Positions 40,018 to 46,891 of a DNA stretch of 64,000 nucleotides are shown here, in pieces. The position numbers and the translations under genes were made by a program. Below the pieces are notes generated by a model. It was not told the DNA's origin. It saw only the letters and a program-made list of their open reading frames with translations, and did no database searches. Origin of the DNA: Candidatus Gastranaerophilaceae bacterium (GTDB lineage: Bacteria > Cyanobacteriota > Vampirovibrionia > Gastranaerophilales > Gastranaerophilaceae). Every line of letters starts with the position of its first letter. Position 1 is the first letter of the stretch. The stretch is taken from positions 1,701 to 65,700 of the forward strand of contig JAZRSZ010000050.1 in the NCBI GenBank assembly GCA_045651695.1. Direction: 5' to 3'.

Positions 40018-41880
40018 ATGGGTTTCTTCGATAAAATAAAAGAATATAAAAGAATGGTTTCCCAAGTAGAAAACAATATCTACGGGGAGAAACAAGATTA
40101 TTTGGAAGTTTACGAAAGAAACCAACAACTAGAAAAAGAAATTGAAGAAAGAACTCTTGAATTAAACGTAGCAAATAAACGTATGCTTTCTTTGCAACAC
40201 ATTTGGGATATGATGAATTCTTCAACTCCTTTAGAAAATATGCTTGAAAGCGCAGTTAATAGTATTCAAGGAGAATTAGGATATTTATACTGTGCCATTT
40301 TAGAAAAAAAATCTGACGAAAATGGTGAATATATGGAGATTGTGACCCAATCAAAAGATTCCCCATTAGCAAAAGCAAATGTTATTTTAGATGCAAAAGT
40401 TAAGAGAATCGAATACGATCCAGATGGTATTTTTGCAGATGCAATCAAAAACAAAAAAATCTTGCAATCAAAAGATATCGAAAGTGTTTTGCAATATTTC
40501 ACTTCTAACGAGAATGCAGTAAAATCAACAGGATTAAAATCATTGATTATAATCCCCCTTTGCCCATTAGAAAACAATTTTGGTTGGCTATGTGTACTAA
40601 ATTCTAGGGAAGAATTAGCGACTTCTGAAACTGATTTCTTAACTCTTTTTGGACAACAAATTGAGATTTCAATAACTATTGCGGGATTATTCCAAGCGGT
40701 AAAAGAGCAGGCTGTTACAGATTCATTAACTGGATTGTATAACAGGAGATACTTTGAAGAAAACCTTAAAAAAGAGGTTATCCGTTCAAAACGTCAACAT
40801 CAACATTTTTCAATTATTGGAATAGACTTGGATTATCTCAAAAAAATTAATGACGAACATGGCCATTCATTTGGAGATATTGCAATAAAAACAGTTGCTA
40901 ATATATTAAAAAGTAATGCTCGAGCAATCGATATTCCAGCGAGAATGGGTGGAGAAGAATTTAACGTTTTACTTCCTGGTATTGATTCAAAAGGTGCCGC
41001 AATAGCAGCGGAAAGAATTCGTAGAGCAATCGAAGAAAAAGAACTTGATACCATTGGTCATATAACTGCAAGTATCGGGGTTGCTACATTCCTTGAACAT
41101 TCAGAAAACATTGAAGAATTATTGGAATTAACAGACCAAGCAATGTATGCTTCTAAACGCAATGGTCGTAACAAGGTTACATTGGCAAAATCTATTTCTG
41201 AAACTTCTTGGCAAGAAATTGCTATCAATACATTCATTGATATTTTATCAAAATTACCTATACAAAAAGAACTTACAGATGAATTAAAAGAAAGACTTCA
41301 AAACAACGAACTTTCAAAAGACACATTGTACAATGTAGCGGATATTTTAACTACAACATACAATCCAATGCATAACAATGGCATAATGAAATCAAAAGTT
41401 TTACTTGCAACAAGTTTGGGTAAAAGATTAGATTTATCTAAAGCGGAATTAGACAATTTAAGAGTCGCTATTTTATTATATGATATCGGTAACTTATTAA
41501 TTCCACCGGAAATTTTACAAAAAACCACACCTCTTACAGAGGATGAGAGAACACATATTAAAGAACACCCAATGATTGCGGCAAGAGAGATTTTAAAACC
41601 AATTTCTTATGTCCAAGATGTAATACCTATAATTGAACACCACCACGAGAATTGGGACGGTTCTGGTTACCCTAACAAATTATCAAAAAGCGATATTCCT
41701 GTAACTTCTCAAATTGTTTTGATTATAGATTCTTATTTCGCATTAACAGAAAACCGTCCATATCGCAAAAAATTATCCCCACAAGAAGCATTAGAAGAAA
41801 TTAAAAAAGATGCTGGCAAAAAATGGGACGAAGAATTGGTAAAAGAATTCATAACTTTAACAGAACTTGATATTGTATAA
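40018..41880 (+). CDS. GAF - GGDEF (intact GGEEF plus an RxxD I-site) - degenerate HD-GYP signalling protein. The start is revised to the ATG at 40018.
   Basis: RAIDIPARMGGEEF gives the active-site and I-site spacing. The HD-GYP tail is HHHENWDGSGYP, but the HD position reads LLYDIGN. The SD AAGGAA precedes the ATG at 40018. Confidence 0.85.
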   Translation: MGFFDKIKEYKRMVSQVENNIYGEKQDYLEVYERNQQLEKEIEERTLELNVANKRMLSLQHIWDMMNSSTPLENMLESAVNSIQGELGYLYCAILEKKSDENGEYMEIVTQSKDSPLAKANVILDAKVKRIEYDPDGIFADAIKNKKILQSKDIESVLQYFTSNENAVKSTGLKSLIIIPLCPLENNFGWLCVLNSREELATSETDFLTLFGQQIEISITIAGLFQAVKEQAVTDSLTGLYNRRYFEENLKKEVIRSKRQHQHFSIIGIDLDYLKKINDEHGHSFGDIAIKTVANILKSNARAIDIPARMGGEEFNVLLPGIDSKGAAIAAERIRRAIEEKELDTIGHITASIGVATFLEHSENIEELLELTDQAMYASKRNGRNKVTLAKSISETSWQEIAINTFIDILSKLPIQKELTDELKERLQNNELSKDTLYNVADILTTTYNPMHNNGIMKSKVLLATSLGKRLDLSKAELDNLRVAILLYDIGNLLIPPEILQKTTPLTEDERTHIKEHPMIAAREILKPISYVQDVIPIIEHHHENWDGSGYPNKLSKSDIPVTSQIVLIIDSYFALTENRPYRKKLSPQEALEEIKKDAGKKWDEELVKEFITLTELDIV

Positions 41881-42767
41881 TGAAAGAAAAAGAATTTATA
41901 AATATAATAAAAAATACTCTTAAATCTGAATACATCGGAGACGATTGTGCTTACTTAAAAGATTTAGGAATAACTATATCCCAAGACACATTAGCAGAAG
42001 ATGTCCATTTTTTGAGCAAACATATTACTGCATATCAACTAGGTTACAAATCAGCAATGGTGAACCTTTCTGATATCGCAGCAAGCGGTGCTGAACCGAA
42101 ATATATGACAGTAGCATTATCTTTACCAAAAACTATCGAAAATGATTTTATAAAAGATTTTTATTTAGGTTTAAAAGATGCTTGCAAAAATGTTGAAATA
42201 GTCGGTGGGGATATCACAGCAAGCGAAAAAATATTTATATCAATTTGCGTAATCGGTATCACAAAAAATCGAAAAATATCCTCAAGAAGCCACGCAAAAA
42301 TCGGTTATAAAATTATTGTTTCAGGGGCTCACGGTTCAAGTGCTGCAGGTTTGAAAGAAATTTTAAACAACGACAAAAATGGCCTTTTTGTAATTTCTCA
42401 TCTTCAACCACAAGCACAAATAGAATTTTCTAAAAATATAGCGACACAAATTAAAGAAGATTATGCAATGATGGATACATCTGATGGCCTAATGGACGCA
42501 CTACTTCAAATATCACAAAGCAGTAATGTTTGTTTAGAAATAGACTTTGATAAAATACCATATGACAAAAAACTAGAGAAATACTCCGACTATAAAGACT
42601 TAATTTTATACGGAGGTGAAGATTACCACCTTGTTGCGTGCGTACCGAAAGATTTTGAAGTCCCTAATTCATATACAATTGGTGAAGTTACAAAAGGCTT
42701 GGGCGTAAAAATTAACGATGAACTAATTACAGATACAAATAAAATATACAATCACTTTGAGGAATAA
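41880..42767 (+). CDS. thiL: Thiamine-monophosphate kinase.
   Basis: AIR-synthase-like fold with GDDCAYL...QDTLAEDVHF, NLSDIAASGAEP and GGD. The start overlaps the upstream stop (TAATG). Confidence 0.85.
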   Translation: MKEKEFINIIKNTLKSEYIGDDCAYLKDLGITISQDTLAEDVHFLSKHITAYQLGYKSAMVNLSDIAASGAEPKYMTVALSLPKTIENDFIKDFYLGLKDACKNVEIVGGDITASEKIFISICVIGITKNRKISSRSHAKIGYKIIVSGAHGSSAAGLKEILNNDKNGLFVISHLQPQAQIEFSKNIATQIKEDYAMMDTSDGLMDALLQISQSSNVCLEIDFDKIPYDKKLEKYSDYKDLILYGGEDYHLVACVPKDFEVPNSYTIGEVTKGLGVKINDELITDTNKIYNHFEE

Positions 42768-42768
42768 A

Positions 42769-43407
42769 ATGAAAACAACAGTAATAATTACAGCAGGCGG
42801 AACATCAAGTAGATACGGCAATACAAACAAACTTCTTGAAAAAATTAATGGGAAAGAAGTTATTAAATATACTGTCGAAGCATTTGAAAAATCTAACGTA
42901 GATGAAATTATTATATGTGCAAATGAATCAATTATTGATACACTCTCAACAATGTTTAATCACAAAATAATCCAAGGTGGCGAGACAAGACAAGCCTCTG
43001 TATATAACGGGCTACAAACAATTGATTGTGATTATGTACTTATCCATGATGGTGCAAGACCAATTATCAATCCAGAGTTAATAAACGAAGTTATTGAAAA
43101 GGTAAAAGAACAAAAAGCCATTACTGTAATGACAAAAACAACCGACACAATCAAAGAAGTTGATGAAAACGGCAAAATTATACGAACAATTGACCGAACA
43201 AAATTATACAACACCCAAACACCACAAGCATTTGAATACCACCTTATAAAATCAGCACACGAAAAACTTAAAGGACAAAACTTTACAGATGATGCAAGTA
43301 TGCTTGAGTTTTTAGGTAAAAATGTTTATATCGTTGTTGGCGATTATAAAAATATTAAAATTACAACAAAAAACGATTTGGATGTAGCAAAAACATATTT
43401 AAAATAA
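42769..43407 (+). CDS. ispD: 2-C-methyl-D-erythritol 4-phosphate cytidylyltransferase. The start is revised to the ATG at 42769.
   Basis: Motifs are VIITAGGTSSRYG, VLIHDGARP and TPQAF. The SD GAGGAA precedes the ATG at 42769. Confidence 0.9.
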   Translation: MKTTVIITAGGTSSRYGNTNKLLEKINGKEVIKYTVEAFEKSNVDEIIICANESIIDTLSTMFNHKIIQGGETRQASVYNGLQTIDCDYVLIHDGARPIINPELINEVIEKVKEQKAITVMTKTTDTIKEVDENGKIIRTIDRTKLYNTQTPQAFEYHLIKSAHEKLKGQNFTDDASMLEFLGKNVYIVVGDYKNIKITTKNDLDVAKTYLK

Positions 43408-43429
43408 AAAAGGGCTCTTTTTGAGCCCT
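43406..43429 (-). terminator. Intrinsic terminator whose U-tail is on the minus strand. It ends the 43508-44680 transcript and may also stop ispD.
   Basis: The minus strand reads AGGGCTC-AAAAA-GAGCCCT followed by TTTTTTATTTT. The plus strand has no U-tail after the hairpin. Confidence 0.75.
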
Positions 43430-43447
43430 GAGATAACTACTACTACT

Positions 43448-43467
43448 TAACCTTTTTACTAATATGA
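43448..43467. repeat. Copy B of the identical 20-nt motif TAACCTTTTTACTAATATGA.
   Basis: An exact match to 30147-30166. On the minus strand it lies in the 3' UTR of the 43508-44680 gene, followed by AAGTAGTAGTAGT and the terminator. Confidence 0.9.
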
Positions 43468-43507
43468 GGAATCGTCTAATAAACTTTTTATATAATCTTT
43501 GTGATTA

Positions 43508-44680
43508 TTATTTTGCTTGAACTTTTTGAATTAAGTCATTAACTGCGTCACAAATTTCATTTTTATTTAACCACAATCTATTTCCTCTTACGGAATATCT
43601 TGCTTTTGCGACTTCTGTTGAAACATCAATACCTTGTGCATTTGCTCGTTCTTCAAGAGCATTTACCAATAATCTTGTAACTAATGCTTTTTCAACATCT
43701 TCACAATCATCCATTAATGTTTCTATAAAACCTTTTTTATCTTCTGCGTATTTACCAAAAGAACCGTATGTTTTATTCCATTCATTGATAACTTCAATTA
43801 CGTTATCACCATTAAGTTTTTTCATTGATTCTAAAAGGCCATTTTTACCATTAAAATTTGTACCTAGGCCGTCAACTGCACGAAAAATATTATTTACAAT
43901 TGTTTTTGGAGTATCTGCAACTTTGCTATCATTATTAGTAGCAGATGTTGTAGTACTTGCTGTTGTGTTTGTTGTACTTGTTGTTGTGTTTGCTGTACTT
44001 GCTGTTGTAGATTCTGATGTACCTGTTGTAGTTGTAGTACTTGCTGTTGCATCACCTGCACCGTCTGCATCACCTGCACCGTCTGCATTGTCTATTTGTT
44101 GTTGAATTTGTTTAGCCAATGTTTCTACTTGAGTTTTTAAACCATTGTATTCAGCGCTAATATTATCTAAAGCCGCTTTTACTTGTTCTAAAGTTGCACC
44201 TTGACGACGCAGATCAGATACATTATTCATTTTATTTTTCAATGCTTCTAATTGTTGCTTGATTTCTTTTAATTGCTGTTTTTGTTCTGCTTTTACTTTA
44301 TCAGAATTTAAAGCAGTATCAATATGATTGCCTAAACTTGTAATATTACCAGCAATAGCATTAAATCTATTATCTAAAAGAACATTATTGCCAATATTTT
44401 GTCCAAAAGCATACGCAGCCTGTTGAATTTCTGCATACTGTATATTTTGATACGGATTAATCATTTGTTCAAAGTTACTCAACATTTGAGAGATATGAAA
44501 AAATGGATTAGCCACATTTTGAATTGCAACTGCTTCCTGTGGAGTATATGTAAAAGGAAGTACATTAAATTGAACTCTTCTGCCATAATTTGTTGTGAAA
44601 TTATATGGAGCTGTTGCTTGCCATAAATACAAATTTGGCATTGAATCTGTTCTGAATGCGTTTAAATATCCCCAATCCAT
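43508..44680 (-). CDS. Hypothetical protein: N-terminal region, coiled coil, Thr/Ser-rich low-complexity linker, and a C-terminal annexin-like repeat.
   Basis: The coiled coil is KAEQKQQLKEIKQQLEALKNK...VETLAKQIQQQI. The linker is DGAGDADGAGDATASTTTTTGTSESTTASTANTTTSTTNTTASTTTSATNN. The C-terminal IFRAVDGLGTN...LLESMKKLNGDNVIEVINEWNKTYG...DVEKALVTRLL aligns to the annexin repeat consensus. No signal peptide is visible. Confidence 0.6.
   Translation of the reverse strand: MDWGYLNAFRTDSMPNLYLWQATAPYNFTTNYGRRVQFNVLPFTYTPQEAVAIQNVANPFFHISQMLSNFEQMINPYQNIQYAEIQQAAYAFGQNIGNNVLLDNRFNAIAGNITSLGNHIDTALNSDKVKAEQKQQLKEIKQQLEALKNKMNNVSDLRRQGATLEQVKAALDNISAEYNGLKTQVETLAKQIQQQIDNADGAGDADGAGDATASTTTTTGTSESTTASTANTTTSTTNTTASTTTSATNNDSKVADTPKTIVNNIFRAVDGLGTNFNGKNGLLESMKKLNGDNVIEVINEWNKTYGSFGKYAEDKKGFIETLMDDCEDVEKALVTRLLVNALEERANAQGIDVSTEVAKARYSVRGNRLWLNKNEICDAVNDLIQKVQAK
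44049..44084 (-). repeat. Perfect 2 x 18-nt tandem repeat (encoding DGAGDA twice) at the start of the Thr/Ser-rich linker.
   Basis: gcatcacctgcaccgtct occurs at 44049-44066 and again at 44067-44084. Confidence 0.9.
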
Positions 44681-44852
44681 ATCGTTTCCCCTTGTAGTTG
44701 TTCCCCGTACCTATATAAAGATTTTTTAGTTTAAAAAATTGCCTCACTCATCAAAATTTGTTAATAACAGTTTTGGAAAAACCCAATAAAACATAGGTTT
44801 TAAGCCACTAATATCCTTGTTTACATTTCGTAACAATTGACTTTTTATAATG

Positions 44853-44880
44853 AAAAGGTTGGGTTTTCACCCAACCTTTT
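44853..44880. terminator. Bidirectional terminator hairpin, copy 1 (stem AAAAGGTTGGG/CCCAACCTTTT).
   Basis: AAAAGGTTGGG-TTTTCA-CCCAACCTTTT. The A4/T4 arms give U-tails in both directions. Confidence 0.75.
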
Positions 44881-44911
44881 CATTTTTAACAAAAGTGTCC
44901 AAGTGCCCAAA

Positions 44912-44974
44912 GAAGTAAGTGGAGTAAGTGAGGTGAGTGGAGTGAGTAAAGTAAGTAAAGTGAGTAAAGTGCGT
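44912..44974 (+). repeat. Seven tandem 9-nt units, consensus RRAGTRAGT, within a 63-nt stretch free of C on the plus strand.
   Basis: The units are GAAGTAAGT GGAGTAAGT GAGGTGAGT GGAGTGAGT AAAGTAAGT AAAGTGAGT AAAGTGCGT. No C occurs from 44909 to 44971. Confidence 0.9.
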
Positions 44975-44980
44975 ATATAA

Positions 44981-45009
44981 AAAAGGTTGGGCGAAAAACC
45001 CAACCTTTT
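44981..45009. terminator. Bidirectional terminator hairpin, copy 2, with the same 11-bp stem. It serves as the terminator of the pilin-like gene.
   Basis: AAAAGGTTGGG-CGAAAAA-CCCAACCTTTT, located 25 nt downstream of the stop of the 45034-46158 gene. Confidence 0.8.
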
Positions 45010-45033
45010 ATTGTTTTATTTATGTTTTAATTA

Positions 45034-46158
45034 TTACTTCACACAAATCGCCTGTATCATACCATCGTCGCAATCACGACGAGAGGTAGCCCATTCTGAA
45101 AATAATGGATGATCGATAGACCTATAATACGAATTACTTGCCACCATTTCAACACCAGACCAAATACCTAACATAGATAAATCAATACCTAAAGAAAGTG
45201 CATTGTCATCATTTCTGGAACCATCTTGACCACTATATATGTGGTCCATTATCGCTGCCAATTGAGTCTCATTTGGTAGTTTTGATACTCCACCACATTG
45301 TTTTACCGCACCCGCCCAATAATCATCATCATATTGACACTCTGATATACCTAATTCACCTTTTAATGCTTCACATTCTGCTTTTGTGATTGAAGTAGGA
45401 GTAAATGCTTGAGTAGTAACACAAACGCCACCAACTTCAGCAATACAATCTGCAGGGCCAATACGTTTTACTGAACCAAATTGATTAAAGTCTTTACCCA
45501 TCTCGTTTGGATCTGAAAAACCTGATGTGTCATAAACAAGCGCAAAACAATCTGAACCTGTAATTTTGTTGTCATAAGGATCTGCAGTACATTTTGGGTT
45601 GTATGCAATCAATCCTGTAACACCGTTTGCGAATTGGATACCCATTACATTTGTACCCCAATCATCTTGACCAAAACCGCTTGCGTCTACAATTGCTGAC
45701 ATATCTACTTCTTTATCGTTTACTGTTGTTGTTTTTTCAAAACATTGCATTGTGTGGTCTTTGTCGCATACTTTGGTTATTTTGTAGTGTTTTTGTAATT
45801 CTTCTACAAAACCTTCTGTATCATTATACTTACCATATTTACCAAGTTGGCCTTGTACGTTCATTGTTTTTAATGCTTCAGTAAATTTTGCTTCAAACAC
45901 TTGGGATGCAGTTGCCCAAGATTTTGTTTGGTAATTTTGTACCAATGTCGGTATTGTCAACGCAGCGACTACACCGATTATGCCTAGGGTGATTAAAACC
46001 TCTGCAAGAGTGAATGCAAATCTACGTTTATTGTTAGAGTTGTCTACGTGCGTAGCACCTTCGGCCAAGGTAAACCCGAATTTACGTTTTTTGTTAAACG
46101 TATCTACGTGCGTAGCACCTTCGGCCAAGGTAAACCCTTTTCTTTTGTTCTTTTCCAT
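45034..46158 (-). CDS. Type IV pilin-like protein with a triplicated prepilin leader/cleavage motif and a Cys-rich C-terminal globular region.
   Basis: It begins MEKNKRKGFTLAEGATHVDTFNKKRKFGFTLAEGATHVDNSNNKRRFAFTLAEVLITLGIIGVVAALTIPTLVQNYQ. The SD AAGGAGAGAA precedes the start. The segment ...ALVYDTSGFSDPNEMGKDFNQF matches the family seen at 1-547. Confidence 0.85.
   Translation of the reverse strand: MEKNKRKGFTLAEGATHVDTFNKKRKFGFTLAEGATHVDNSNNKRRFAFTLAEVLITLGIIGVVAALTIPTLVQNYQTKSWATASQVFEAKFTEALKTMNVQGQLGKYGKYNDTEGFVEELQKHYKITKVCDKDHTMQCFEKTTTVNDKEVDMSAIVDASGFGQDDWGTNVMGIQFANGVTGLIAYNPKCTADPYDNKITGSDCFALVYDTSGFSDPNEMGKDFNQFGSVKRIGPADCIAEVGGVCVTTQAFTPTSITKAECEALKGELGISECQYDDDYWAGAVKQCGGVSKLPNETQLAAIMDHIYSGQDGSRNDDNALSLGIDLSMLGIWSGVEMVASNSYYRSIDHPLFSEWATSRRDCDDGMIQAICVK
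46043..46137 (-). repeat. Two perfect 35-nt direct repeats with a 60-nt period (46043-46077 and 46103-46137) encoding GFTLAEGATHVD. A third, diverged copy at about 45983-46017 encodes the real FTLAEVLITLG.
   Basis: tctacgtgcgtagcaccttcggccaaggtaaaccc occurs twice. It is 20/35 G+C in an AT-rich genome. The sense RNA can form ACCUU-GGCCG-AAGGU and CUAC-GCAC-GUAG hairpins. Confidence 0.95.
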
Positions 46159-46231
46159 TTTCTCTCCTTTTTTATGTTTTATTATTATTTCCTAAAAATT
46201 TGCAATTTTACGAGGTTTGACAAGTTGTTTA

Positions 46232-46891
46232 TTAAATTTCACTTAACGTAGAAAATACTTTAATAATATCATCTTTTGTAATATCAGGATTTATTTCTTT
46301 AACACTGATGATAGAATTTGTATCAACTTCTTCTCTAAAAATTTCTTCTAAAAGTGCTCTGTCATAATCATATAAAATAGAACCGTGTTGAAGAATATAT
46401 CCCTCTTTTCTACATTGAGCAGAACCTATAAGTTTTTTGTTGTTATAGCACAAATCAGCACCTGTCGAAATCAACATACAATAATCAAATTTTGTATGAA
46501 CGCCTTTTTCTCCACCAAGTACCAAATCAATTCCCAATAACTTAAATTTATCAATTAAAATCTGCGAAATTTCCTTATATGATGCAGTGACATTTGCCCC
46601 ATTTTGTAAATACTCAAACGGACAAACAAAACTATATGTAATTTCATTATCATGTAACAAGGCTCTACCGCCAGTCAAACGGCGAACTACATCAATGTTT
46701 TTTGATTTCAAAAATTCATAGTCTATAAAACTATCATTTTGGTTTCTACCCAAAGAAACACATGCCGGAGACCAACCATAAAGTCTAAATATAGGTTCTT
46801 TCAATTGTTTTGCTATCGCTTCATCTAACAAATCAGAATCGATTTGCATATTTTCAGCACCAGTTTTTACTTCATAGTTCATAAATCTCAT
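46232..46891 (-). CDS. Lipoate-protein ligase / octanoyltransferase-family protein (BPL_LplA_LipB domain).
   Basis: Motifs are VVRRLTGGRALLHDNEITYS and KLIGSAQ (catalytic Lys region). Its ATG overlaps the TGA of the upstream gene (ATGA). Confidence 0.75.
   Translation of the reverse strand: MRFMNYEVKTGAENMQIDSDLLDEAIAKQLKEPIFRLYGWSPACVSLGRNQNDSFIDYEFLKSKNIDVVRRLTGGRALLHDNEITYSFVCPFEYLQNGANVTASYKEISQILIDKFKLLGIDLVLGGEKGVHTKFDYCMLISTGADLCYNNKKLIGSAQCRKEGYILQHGSILYDYDRALLEEIFREEVDTNSIISVKEINPDITKDDIIKVFSTLSEI

Noticed and set aside
44881-45012. The 9-nt repeat array read as a coding sequence. The minus frame gives KVGFFAQPFLYT-HFT-HFT-YFT-HST-HLT-YST-YFFGHLDTFVKNEKVG*. Its plus strand also resembles eukaryotic 5' splice donors (GTAAGT/GTGAGT).
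   Set aside because: The frame opens right after a TAA and contains no ATG, GTG or TTG with an SD. It runs through a terminator hairpin. The splice-donor resemblance is a coincidence of the AGT-rich repeat in a bacterium.
46888-46891. Alternative genetic code (UGA or UAG reassignment), as occurs in some uncultivated lineages.
   Set aside because: TAA, TAG (e.g. 52500-52502, 35361-35363) and TGA (46888-46890, in an ATGA overlap) all terminate ORFs at positions that give full-length homologues. No recognisable gene is split by in-frame stops.
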